A DNA stretch of 62,824 bases, counting the filler, from Asterionella formosa (taxonomy: Eukaryota): the NCBI GenBank assembly GCA_002256025.1. It is 10 parts of 10 records of this genome, joined end to end, with 100 filler letters (N's around TTAATTAATTAA, not from the genome) between each part and the next. Parts side by side here need not be neighbours in the genome. Positions count along the whole stretch, not along the records: positions 1 to 18,042 come from NKIB01004177.1; 9 more parts are not named here. One strand, 5' to 3'. Under the pieces are notes generated by a model. That model was given only the letters and a program-made list of their open reading frames with translations. It did no database searches and had not been told where the DNA came from. Shown here in pieces: positions 1-9,989 of this stretch (positions within the stretch are counted from its first letter, which is position 1; each line of letters opens with the position of its first letter). A program made the translations under genes and the position numbers.

Positions 1-569
1 GACGATGATGAATATATAGAACTCATGCATATAATGAACAAGAGGCGGCATAGCATACAAGAGGATGCATCGATATGAAAATTTAACTGTTGAAAATTAA
101 AGTTAAAAATATATATAATGTCAGAGAAGTAATCTAAAATATCTCTATTATCAGAGCGCAAGGACGATATTATGTAGCAGATCACCAGAATAATTTGTGT
201 TATAATACACACATGATATAATAATTTTTTATTATCAGAGCGCGCCCAGTATGTGAACAGTAACATGAATTTTATATAGGTGGAATTGATAGGGAGTCCA
301 AGAAGCCCCTCGAAAATCACAGGCTATGAAACAAAAATGTGACGATGGGCCCTGTTAAAAAACGAATGTGACACAATCTCCAATAGTAAGGTTTCGTATT
401 TGCTTCGTCTCCATCATTTATCATAATTGCTGTGCACACGTTGCTGGTACCATCATATCACCATAAAACTTGGGGTGTAGGCCTCGATGTTGTTTGTCTG
501 GCCTCGAAATACTGTCCGTAATCCATTGCCAGTCGTGGGAAGCAGAGTCAAGCACTTCACTGAACAACC

Positions 570-3500
570 ATGGCGCCACCACCAGCTAAACCAAAGCTCA
601 ATATGGAGGTGCTCAGATTGAAGCTGGCGTCCAATCAACATGCCTCGAGAACTTCAGCACCAGAACCTTTGGGCTTCACCACGGGTGCAAACTTCGATCT
701 CCCCTTTCATCTCGACGATGATCCACTGCTGCGGCAGCTCGCAGAGGATCGATTGAAGGAATTGCCATGTCATTCCATCGTCACCAGCAACAACATTTCC
801 GCTGGAAGGGCAACTATAGAAAATCAAAGACCGATGCTGCACTCGGAACTCCCGTTTCGAGAGGGAATTCAAAGGATCCAATATGAAGTTGCAAAGCCAC
901 CTGTTAGCACCGCAGCTGCTGTCGAAGCAACCGAACATCGTGTCAACCAAGGTGAAGCGCTAGGAAGCGCTTCATTCGTTTCCAAAGAAAGTTCAAGACC
1001 TGAAAAAAAGTCTACTAGAGTTGAAATGGAAGGAAGCAACAATTCTTCTGACGATAATTCCACTAATTCGCTGAAGCGTAAGCGACCAGGAACGCCAAAC
1101 GGTGACGAGGCGGTTTCGAATATCGAAAAGTTCAAAGATTATAGTACCAAACAGACCACGATAGTTCCAGCCACGCTGAAAAGTCCCACAAATTTGCCTT
1201 CTTGGCAAGGTGGATTTGACAAGTCTCATGCCAACGTGACCGATACCACTCATTCCCTTCAGGCTAACGAGAAATTCGATTGTAGCGATGATTGGTCAGA
1301 TGAAGGACGTGCATTGATTAAAAAAATTCATGCTTGTATCCTCTCAGATGAAGAGATCCTGACACAAATGGATATCATAGAAAATGTGATGGAATCCCAG
1401 TCCGAATCTGACATATCTCCCAAGTCAGTAACAAGTCATTTGTATGCCGCCGAGGAGGATTTTCTCGCAAAAGTGGATCGAAAGATTATGGCAGCGGAAA
1501 CAGATGATTTTCTTGAAAAAATCGGACGTAAGATTGATGATGCCGAGCTTAATAAAATAATGGATAACATTTACCAGCAAATTGTTGTCGCCGAATTCAA
1601 CGAGCGCTGGCCTGATGGAAAAATTCTCTGGGAAGAAGAAAATTTGAGAGAACCGAAGGATCCTACTGAACAATTTTCAGAGACAAATTGGGACATAGCA
1701 TTTTATGATGATAAAGATTTGAACCCGCATTTCTCTCCTCACCGAAAGAAGCGACAAGGAATCTCTTGCATGGTAGAGGACGAGGTTTTCTTCGAGCCTT
1801 CGGAGTTCGTTGCAATAAAGATTCTTCCAAAATTTATCGACTTGACTGATGAGCATATATTTCAAGCGGACATCCTGTTTAGGAAAGTTGTAAAAAAAGT
1901 GAAGGAATTGCACCCTAATGGTGTCCTTCGAATCTACCTGCGCGATCATGAGACAGACTCATCATCGGTCCAGCTTGAAGCCCGTGGAAACAAACCGCTG
2001 GTAAAAATCAGCTTGCACTTTATTCAGAACTTAGTAACAGCTCGGCAACTACGCTATCTAAGCTCTGTCAATCAGAAGAAGATGAACTCCTCTCGCGTTG
2101 CCAGTGACACAACGAAGGCGCCTTGTAAATTGTTCGATGAGAGAATAAGTGAAAAATCTAAAACCCAGGCAAGCGACAAGCAAGTAGATTATATCTTCTT
2201 TGGCCAAAAGGTGAAGGACCTGAAAATCAAAGAGCACGAATTTAGCGCAATCCCGCTAACATTTATCAAGAGTAGCATGTGGGAGCGCCACAAGGAAGAT
2301 ATCGGACGCCACTGTGATGACAAATGCCAGTGCCCGTTGAAGCTAGCAATGTTGACACGCAATGTAGTAGGAGATTTCATCAGGAAGCAGACCGAGAAAG
2401 ATCCAAACTGGAAAAACCCTAATAGACTTGTTGAGGGAAATTACCCTGTTGGTTTCATTGAAAACTTCATCCCGAAGTTTCTGGAAGTATTGAGAACTGA
2501 ATTTCCAAGCGAAAACCCAAAGGAATTGTACAGACGGCTCGAAGCCATGTGGCTGAAACACAAAGGATCGATTCAATACGGAATAACTTGCAGAAAAAAC
2601 TGTCATTGTGGCGAAGGTTGGGAGGTTGTCTTCAAGAAAGGCCGATGTGGAGATAATCGTACCACGCGTCCATCGAAACCTTCCATTACTTCTCAAGACA
2701 CATTAATGTCGATACCTCGCAACAAAACCAGCTTAATAGAGCCTTCACGATTGCAGTGTTTACCACAACCAGCGTCTTTGAAAAGAGACGCAAAGGAAAT
2801 GCGATCAAAAGGAGACCCGAAGGAATTCGTTATCGATTTTCCTTCTTCGCAAGGCATGGGCTTCTTTTGTGTGACGGACACCCGAGGCGTCTGCAAAATA
2901 ATTTCTGTAAATACGAAACAGCAAATTGATGCTAGACTCGCAGTGGGAACCATCATAGTTGCTGCTGCTATTTCAGGAAGCAGAAGTGAGTGGAACCACA
3001 TTTCATCCCATCGGGATATTGAACACATGTTTGAAAGTGCCAAGCAGAGGCGAGAGCTCATTTCTGTTCGCTTCATCAATTCCGAGGTCAAGGCAACCGA
3101 TATTCATCAAGATTTCAAAGTAGCGTGCAAGGATTGGGGTCCTGATGGTGTCTGGAGAGGCAAATATACTAAGTATCCCAATGGCTGGGCAGGTGGTGCC
3201 GCTCTCGCGTCAAGTGTTTCGTCGAAACTTAGCGAAAAGATGACTGCAGGGAAATATTCGGTGACGATGCCAAAATTGTCTCAGTTGCCCCAACCACTTT
3301 CGACGCCAACACTTTCGCAAGACGATTCCACAAGCTACGAAACCAAGAAGCAGCCTACAACTGTATCATTGCCTCCAACCGAACAACCTCTATTTGAATA
3401 TTTGTCTACTCAAGCCATCGCTAACCACAGAATGCACGGAACTGTCAAACCCATTTTGCGCATGGCGAAATTACGTTGGTCTTTCCATGCAGAGGAAGAG

Positions 3501-6032
3501 AAGAAGCAAGGATTTTTGCAGAACTATTTGTCAACTGTTGTCCCTCCAAAAAAGAATCCCAAAATATCGTTCGGGAAGCAGGTCGAGAAGCGATTTTATA
3601 ATCCTTCAGATACATCAATCGAAATGATGATTCCATTGACAAAAGAGGCAGAAACTGTTTTTCGAGAATCTTCTCCGGCAATTTCTGTGATCCTAAAGAA
3701 AGACAAGATGCAAACTCCAAGCTATGAAGCGCTCCTAGATGCAGTGAATAGCTCAAGTAAATCCTACACTGATTTATTCGAGTTATTAAAAGGAGGAGCA
3801 AATCCAACCATGACAGGGAATTCCGACAAAACCCCAGAATCTTATATAAAGGACAAACTCATTTCGTTGAATGGTGAGATGCTTCGATGCAAGGAAGGTA
3901 GCGCAACATGGACCAGCTTAAACATGCAATTCCAAGAATCTGATCGAAAGAAAAAGCTTCTAAAGATCTACACCATTGCTCAAGATGTAATGAACCAGGC
4001 CCGCTTTCTCAAATGTAATGAGCGATTAGATATTCAACTTGCTTGTTCCGAAAGTCTTTCATTGACCGAACTTGGACTTGAAAGAGAGGCTGATGATTTT
4101 GTTTGGTGGGATGTTTATGTGAAAGGGCAAAGAGTCCCTCGAACCCAACCAGCTACGTTGTCGAGTAGTATTGATTGGTTAAATGAGAAGGATTATCACT
4201 GCAATGAAAATCTCGATCTAGCCAAGGCCCGAGGAGAAGAAAGAAAATCCAACATTGTTCTTATTCTGAATAAGGGTAATCCAGATAGTGCCTTCTATGA
4301 ACTTGGTAGAAAGACAATCACCCTACGGGAGATTCGGCAAGCTTCAATTACTGATGGAAAGCTTCACAGTGACCTTGAATCAAGCAAGTACCTGAATAGT
4401 TGCAGGATCATTTTGAATGTGAAACGAAGGGCGGCTGAAAAAGACTACCGTGAAAAGAAACGTCAGGAAGCCACAAAGAAGCTCAAAGATCTACTACAGC
4501 AAATTGACAACTTTGTTATTGAAACGGGAAATGTTTATATGGAATCATTGGCAGCAGAAATACGATTGTCTATGCCTCATGCCCCTGCCATGTCCTTGCT
4601 GCATGCAGCAATTTATCTCGATGAGCCTGACTATGTTGAAGTTCTTATGAAGAAATATGGTGCCGACCCTCACTCAAAGAAATCTCGTGAGACACCTTTG
4701 GCACTTGCAGAGAAGAAGTTTGACAAGGTTTTAGACGACATTGAATTAAAGAAGAAACGATGTAGAATCCATGGTCTTCTTCTTGGCAAGTCAGTGGAAC
4801 AGTTGGAATCTGAGATGATTACAAATAGCAGTATTGATGATGACAATGATGATGATGATGACATTGAAGCTGAGCAAAGCAATGTAATGCACAAACTCAT
4901 TCCCGCAATTCACACGATGATCCCACCAAAGCACTCCCATCAATCAAACATAGATATCCAGAATGCCTGTACCCTACAAGCTTCAGTTTCAGAATCCTTC
5001 TCTCAAGGAAACAAAATCGTAAGCAGTATGAGCCATGGAATTTTAGAGTCATCGAACTCTGTACGTACTGCACTGCCATCAAATTGTAACACTCCAAGTG
5101 ATGTGCATTGGAACTCAGACAGTCAAACAAGAAACTTATACATGGCACCTCCCAGCTCACAAAATTTTGTTCATTTGAAATTGGATTGGATGCAACCCAA
5201 AACTCGAGGGGAATGTTTATTCTTCAACAAACCTGGAAAATGTAGACATCATCACTTATGTGAATTCTCCCACATCCAGCCATCGCTTGGAAACATTGTA
5301 GACCAGATTGAAGTCTCCTCCTCCTCTTTATCTAGTATGCATTGTCCTAATGTTAGCATCCGAAATGCCATGTCAAATGGTGAACAATATTTCACAGCTG
5401 GATACCTTGCTGGTGATGGTACCCGATATTATGCTGAGGGTGGACGAGCAGAAAAAGTAAATGGTATATCTTGGTACAGGAGTAAATGGGAGGCAGAAAA
5501 TGCACTGCTCAAGGTGGTATTCATACACCAGAATAATCTGCACCAGAAGCCCTATGTCAGTTATGAACAATCAAGTAAGTCAACGTCACATCCTTTGTTT
5601 GCACAACCCCAAAATGCCTACCAGCAAAAATGTTTTTCTTCACATTCTAACATGAATGTTTTCCACACACACCCACAAGGAGCATTACCAGGAAAAGATG
5701 ACTTTATTTTCAGAAGGTTGATAGATTCAAATCTTAGTAACATTTATGTGTTGTTGTACAAGTCACCATTGAGGAGGGATATGTGGACTATGCATCACAA
5801 GCATGATCTATTTGCAGCTGAATTTACAGCAGACGTTGATGGTATCATACAAAGATACCAGTCGGCTCACCACCCTGGAGGAGAATACCATAAACCACGA
5901 TGGTGGTACAAGACTGAAAAGGAGGCTAAGGCTAGTGCATTTGACTGCTTCTTGGATCATGCTGCAGAACGTGGCATGGTAAATCATGATAAGTTGAGCC
6001 GCATTGATGGGACAAGATTTGTTTTTAGTTAA
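570..6032 (+). CDS. Large multidomain orphan protein (1820 aa): twin W..H-x-CxxxCxC modules, PDZ-like, ankyrin-like x2, C2-like, CCCH zinc finger, two dsRBD-like modules
   Basis: Uninterrupted 5.46-kb ORF. CCCH CLFFNKPGKCRHHHLCEFSH (~5214-5273); ankyrin-like SLLHAAIYLDEPDYVEVLMKKYGADPHSK..ETPLALA; C-terminal FTAGY...WYRSKWEAENALL and FAAEF...WYKTEKEAKASAF. The ORF is confident, the domain calls are by eye. Confidence 0.85.
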   Translation: MAPPPAKPKLNMEVLRLKLASNQHASRTSAPEPLGFTTGANFDLPFHLDDDPLLRQLAEDRLKELPCHSIVTSNNISAGRATIENQRPMLHSELPFREGIQRIQYEVAKPPVSTAAAVEATEHRVNQGEALGSASFVSKESSRPEKKSTRVEMEGSNNSSDDNSTNSLKRKRPGTPNGDEAVSNIEKFKDYSTKQTTIVPATLKSPTNLPSWQGGFDKSHANVTDTTHSLQANEKFDCSDDWSDEGRALIKKIHACILSDEEILTQMDIIENVMESQSESDISPKSVTSHLYAAEEDFLAKVDRKIMAAETDDFLEKIGRKIDDAELNKIMDNIYQQIVVAEFNERWPDGKILWEEENLREPKDPTEQFSETNWDIAFYDDKDLNPHFSPHRKKRQGISCMVEDEVFFEPSEFVAIKILPKFIDLTDEHIFQADILFRKVVKKVKELHPNGVLRIYLRDHETDSSSVQLEARGNKPLVKISLHFIQNLVTARQLRYLSSVNQKKMNSSRVASDTTKAPCKLFDERISEKSKTQASDKQVDYIFFGQKVKDLKIKEHEFSAIPLTFIKSSMWERHKEDIGRHCDDKCQCPLKLAMLTRNVVGDFIRKQTEKDPNWKNPNRLVEGNYPVGFIENFIPKFLEVLRTEFPSENPKELYRRLEAMWLKHKGSIQYGITCRKNCHCGEGWEVVFKKGRCGDNRTTRPSKPSITSQDTLMSIPRNKTSLIEPSRLQCLPQPASLKRDAKEMRSKGDPKEFVIDFPSSQGMGFFCVTDTRGVCKIISVNTKQQIDARLAVGTIIVAAAISGSRSEWNHISSHRDIEHMFESAKQRRELISVRFINSEVKATDIHQDFKVACKDWGPDGVWRGKYTKYPNGWAGGAALASSVSSKLSEKMTAGKYSVTMPKLSQLPQPLSTPTLSQDDSTSYETKKQPTTVSLPPTEQPLFEYLSTQAIANHRMHGTVKPILRMAKLRWSFHAEEEKKQGFLQNYLSTVVPPKKNPKISFGKQVEKRFYNPSDTSIEMMIPLTKEAETVFRESSPAISVILKKDKMQTPSYEALLDAVNSSSKSYTDLFELLKGGANPTMTGNSDKTPESYIKDKLISLNGEMLRCKEGSATWTSLNMQFQESDRKKKLLKIYTIAQDVMNQARFLKCNERLDIQLACSESLSLTELGLEREADDFVWWDVYVKGQRVPRTQPATLSSSIDWLNEKDYHCNENLDLAKARGEERKSNIVLILNKGNPDSAFYELGRKTITLREIRQASITDGKLHSDLESSKYLNSCRIILNVKRRAAEKDYREKKRQEATKKLKDLLQQIDNFVIETGNVYMESLAAEIRLSMPHAPAMSLLHAAIYLDEPDYVEVLMKKYGADPHSKKSRETPLALAEKKFDKVLDDIELKKKRCRIHGLLLGKSVEQLESEMITNSSIDDDNDDDDDIEAEQSNVMHKLIPAIHTMIPPKHSHQSNIDIQNACTLQASVSESFSQGNKIVSSMSHGILESSNSVRTALPSNCNTPSDVHWNSDSQTRNLYMAPPSSQNFVHLKLDWMQPKTRGECLFFNKPGKCRHHHLCEFSHIQPSLGNIVDQIEVSSSSLSSMHCPNVSIRNAMSNGEQYFTAGYLAGDGTRYYAEGGRAEKVNGISWYRSKWEAENALLKVVFIHQNNLHQKPYVSYEQSSKSTSHPLFAQPQNAYQQKCFSSHSNMNVFHTHPQGALPGKDDFIFRRLIDSNLSNIYVLLYKSPLRRDMWTMHHKHDLFAAEFTADVDGIIQRYQSAHHPGGEYHKPRWWYKTEKEAKASAFDCFLDHAAERGMVNHDKLSRIDGTRFVFS

Positions 6033-6449
6033 GCTGTTTCTGTCTGAGGTTTGTTGATAAAGTTGTAATTGGTGACTGAAGAAGCAAGAAATCATGTGAT
6101 CTACACCACATATGTGAGTTTTTTTCAGTGGCAGAAACACCTAAGAATTAATGAAAAGTGAAAGGCACCATCAATTTTGATATCTATGTATTGGGAAGCT
6201 GAGTGCTGAGCACTGTTGCTTACCATAGGTTTACAGCACATTGATATTTTGTCCACCTTTCAGCATGATAATTGAGGCTCTGACAATGGCAATACTCACA
6301 GTTGTTTGCTGTTGTTGCCAGTATGATCATTATCAGCCTCTAGTAGTATCTAGTATGTTCTACTACAAGTACCACCAGTCAGATATGGCCATATGGCCTT
6401 GCTGATAATCTATGTTGGTACAGCATGAATGTTCCTTGAGATATGGCAA

Positions 6450-6591
6450 CATCGAAGCATCTCACCATTCAACGAAATGAGTTTGTCCTTTATATAAGAC
6501 TCTGGGGTTTTGTCGGAATTCCCTGTCATGGTTGGATTTGCTCCTCCTTTTAATAACTCGAATAAATCAGTGTAGGATTTACTTGAGCTAT
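6450..6591 (-). repeat. 142-bp inverted copy of 3748-3889 (coding sequence of the 1820-aa gene)
   Basis: Its reverse complement matches atagctcaagtaaatcc...gagatgcttcgatg, with one mismatch seen (taagactctgg vs taagattctgg). Confidence 0.95.
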
Positions 6592-6648
6592 ATCATCCGG
6601 ATGTGTGAGTTCCCCCAAAAAAGCAGAAATTTTTTTGATTTTTGCATT

Positions 6649-6669
6649 TATCTCTGTTAAGATTGGCCC
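6649..6669 (-). mobile_element. Solo PIF/Harbinger-type terminal inverted repeat
   Basis: The reverse complement GGGCCAATCTTAACAGAGATA matches GGGGCAATCTTAACAGAGATA at 22208, the terminus of a Harbinger transposase remnant. It is flanked by CTG (CWG-type target). Confidence 0.6.
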
Positions 6670-7064
6670 CTGGGTTAGAACCACGACGCAAGGTGTTTTA
6701 GTTTCTTGTGTGTGCATCATACAGATATCATGATAATAATAATATGCGAACTCCAAGTTGACACCTCGTGAAGTGATGCTGCTGCTAATACTTGACAACA
6801 TGCGATGACGATGTTATTTATAACTTGTCAATTGCAGTGAACTTGGAATATATGCTGTCCATGCGGTACAATATGTAGTATGTACTAAAGATACGGGAGT
6901 ATTTTTCTCGGCACATGATCACTCCGCCTACCGCACCTATGTACAGCGGGCGGATTGGAAGCATGATTGCTTCTGAGGATTGTCCACCCTTTTTCTCTTG
7001 ATGGATTGCAACCCAACACACAAAAAGCATTCCATCATTTGAACTTCGTTTTCAAAGAGACACA

Positions 7065-9428
7065 ATGATCGCTCGTGCTGCTGCTGCTCAACGACTGTGT
7101 CGCTCACTAGCTAGAACTGGAACTAGTGCACCCGGTCTTGGCTCATCGCTGGAAGGCACTTCTCCCTTCGCTCGAAAGAAGCCAATTTCGACAGAATGCC
7201 GCTTCCATTCGACTGCACATGTTGATGTCGAGTCTCACTATGACGAATCTACAAAATGTAATTTTATGCCTACGACTGAGCGGAACTATGAGTTCTTTCA
7301 GAATGTTGAGCTTACTTCTGATGGAGTGGCTGTTATTCGATTTGATTGTCCTAAGTCAGTCAATACAATCAGTTTTGCACTCAAGGACGAAGCCAAACAA
7401 TTATGGAAGAAAGAGATTGAAAGCAATCCTGCTGTCAAGGCAGTTGTCTTTTCATCCGCTAAGCCTGGCATGTTCATCGCAGGAGCCGATATTTTTGATA
7501 TCAAGGCGATCGAAGACAAGGCACAGCTTGTCCCTCTGATTGAAGACGGCCTCAATTTCTTCCAGCACATGAAAAAGAAGGGCATTCCTCTTGTTTGCGC
7601 CATCGACGGTCCTGCGCTTGGAGGGGGACTTGAGTGGGCTCTGTGGTGCGACTACCGTGTTGCTTCTGATAGCAAAAAAACAAAGCTTGGTCTCCCAGAA
7701 GTCAAGCTCGGCCTTCTCCCTGGTTTTGGCGGTACTCAAAACCTTCACAAGCTCATCGGTCTACAAGCAGCCATGGATGCTATGCTAACTGGCAAGGACA
7801 TCCGACCTGATAAAGCCAAGAAGATGGGCCTCGTAGACCTGGTCACTAGTCCTGCTGAAGTCGAGAGGGTTGCTATTGAATCCGCTGTCCAGCTCGCCAA
7901 AGGTACTTTGAAAGTCAAGCGCAAGCCAAAGGCCTGGATGAACCGCCTTTTGGAGGACACATCGTTCGGGCGATCCATTATATGGAAAAAGATCGACGAA
8001 ATGGTTATGAAGAATACAAACGGAAACTACCCTGCTCCATTGAAGATCATTGAGTCGGTTAAGTATGGAATCGACAACCCCTCCAAGCGGTTTCAAAAGG
8101 AGCGCGACCTTTTTGCCGAGCTTGCTGCTACTCCAGAGTCAGAAGCTTTGATTGGCATCTTTGATGGTATGACTCAAACTAAGAAACACTCATTTGGAAA
8201 TGTCGCGCAGCCAGTGACGACTATTGCTGTCATGGGTGCGGGGTTGATGGGAGCTGGTATCGCCCAAGTTTCTGCTGAGAAAGGTTTCTCTGTTCTCTTG
8301 AAGGATCGCGATGATGCCTCAGTCTCTCGTGGCCAAACGTACATGAATGAAAACTGGAGAAAGAAACTGTCCAAACGGCATATGACACAGTACCAATTCA
8401 GTCTTAATACTTCAAACGTGACCCCTCTCACGGACGACATTGAGTCCTGGAGGCGACATTTTGGGAAGGCAGACCTTGTCATTGAGGCGGTCTTTGAAGA
8501 TCTTGACTTGAAGCGCAAGATTGTTGCCACAATGGAAGAGGTGACTCCTGAAAATTGTATCTTTGCCACCAATACTTCTGCCATTCCAATCGGGGATATT
8601 GCTGTTGGCGCTAAAAGGCCAGATCAAATAGTTGGTATGCACTACTTTTCCCCAGTCCCTCAGATGCCACTATTGGAAATCATTCCACATGCTGGAACTT
8701 CTGATGCTACGAAGGCCACAGCATTTGAGGTCGGAGTCAAGCAAGGCAAGACTTGTATCATTGTCAAGGACGTTCCGGGGTTCTACGTAAATCGTTGTTT
8801 GGGTCCTTTCCTGGTCGAAGTCAGTGCGTTGGTACGTGATGGTGTTGGCCTTGAGCATTTGGACAAGAGCATGAAAAATTTCGGTATGCCAGTTGGTCCG
8901 ATCACTCTAGCAGACGAGGTCGGTATTGACGTGACTTCGCATGTAGCCAAATTTTTGTCGAATGCCGACCTTGGTACTCGCATGGGTGGAGGTGATATCG
9001 CCTTGATGCAAAACATGATCGAGAAGGGTTGGTTGGGTAAGAAGTCTGGAAAGGGCTTCTACTCCTATAAAGGAAATAAGAAGATCCTCAACCCCGATAT
9101 CAATGGATATATCAAGACATTTGTTACTAAGGATTTAAAGCTCGCAGAGAAAGAGATCCAGGATCGAATGGTTAGTCGTTTGGTGAACGAAGCCGCCAAG
9201 TGTTTGGAAGACGAGATTATTGAGGACCCCATTGTTGGTGACATTGGATTGGTCTTTGGTATAGGTTTCGCCCCATTCCGTGGAGGTCCATTCCGATACC
9301 TCGACCAAATCGGTGTTGAAAAATATGTCGATATGATGAATGGTTTTGCTGACAAATACGGTCCACAATTTGAGCCTTGTCAATTGCTGAAAGACTATGC
9401 TGTATCTGGGAAGAAATTCCACAAATGA
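7065..9428 (+). CDS. HADHA: Mitochondrial trifunctional enzyme alpha subunit (enoyl-CoA hydratase / 3-hydroxyacyl-CoA dehydrogenase)
   Basis: Crotonase motifs FIAGADI, ALGGGLE, LPEVKLGLLPGFGGTQ; Rossmann GAGLMGAGIA; GMHYFSPV; PGFYVNR; Arg/Ala/Ser-rich transit-peptide-like N-terminus. Confidence 0.96.
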   Translation: MIARAAAAQRLCRSLARTGTSAPGLGSSLEGTSPFARKKPISTECRFHSTAHVDVESHYDESTKCNFMPTTERNYEFFQNVELTSDGVAVIRFDCPKSVNTISFALKDEAKQLWKKEIESNPAVKAVVFSSAKPGMFIAGADIFDIKAIEDKAQLVPLIEDGLNFFQHMKKKGIPLVCAIDGPALGGGLEWALWCDYRVASDSKKTKLGLPEVKLGLLPGFGGTQNLHKLIGLQAAMDAMLTGKDIRPDKAKKMGLVDLVTSPAEVERVAIESAVQLAKGTLKVKRKPKAWMNRLLEDTSFGRSIIWKKIDEMVMKNTNGNYPAPLKIIESVKYGIDNPSKRFQKERDLFAELAATPESEALIGIFDGMTQTKKHSFGNVAQPVTTIAVMGAGLMGAGIAQVSAEKGFSVLLKDRDDASVSRGQTYMNENWRKKLSKRHMTQYQFSLNTSNVTPLTDDIESWRRHFGKADLVIEAVFEDLDLKRKIVATMEEVTPENCIFATNTSAIPIGDIAVGAKRPDQIVGMHYFSPVPQMPLLEIIPHAGTSDATKATAFEVGVKQGKTCIIVKDVPGFYVNRCLGPFLVEVSALVRDGVGLEHLDKSMKNFGMPVGPITLADEVGIDVTSHVAKFLSNADLGTRMGGGDIALMQNMIEKGWLGKKSGKGFYSYKGNKKILNPDINGYIKTFVTKDLKLAEKEIQDRMVSRLVNEAAKCLEDEIIEDPIVGDIGLVFGIGFAPFRGGPFRYLDQIGVEKYVDMMNGFADKYGPQFEPCQLLKDYAVSGKKFHK

Positions 9429-9989
9429 AGACCACTTGTCAAGAACCTGTATTAGAAACTTGTAGTAGTCCTTCTGGGTACAATATCCTTTCAAGTGCAA
9501 TTTCTATTTGGCCACCATGATGTTCATATGGTCACTTGTCCAACCTCTTGTAAAATGTATGAACAAAGAAAGGTCGCAATTCAATTGTTCTTTAACTCTT
9601 TTTGATTTACTCCACCTAAAAGGGACACTAAGCTAGTTAGTCTTTTATGTTGCATGGTTGGTGTTGTTGCTCACAGCAAAATTTGTTCGTTGGTTTATGT
9701 ATCCTTATCACTGTCATCAAGCTTGTTCTTGACATGGGAACGCACAATTTGACTCATTGGACTATGAAGATCAACTCCACAGTCCTTGTTACATACGTTA
9801 TATAGAGTATATATTTATTTATTATATTTATTTTCCACTGGATGCCAAGTAAATAAATAGCTGCAATAAATCAGGCTGTGAACGAACATTGATGTACCGG
9901 TACTTGCAGCGCAAACCTCCCGGTAGTCCATTGAACCCCCAACTCGAATCGACTCTGGAATAGTCTTGATTATCTTATAACAATCTGCA

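Noticed and set aside
7126..9500. Short overlapping and antisense ORFs inside HADHA (and likewise inside the other long genes)
   Set aside because: They are shadow frames of real coding sequence with no motifs.
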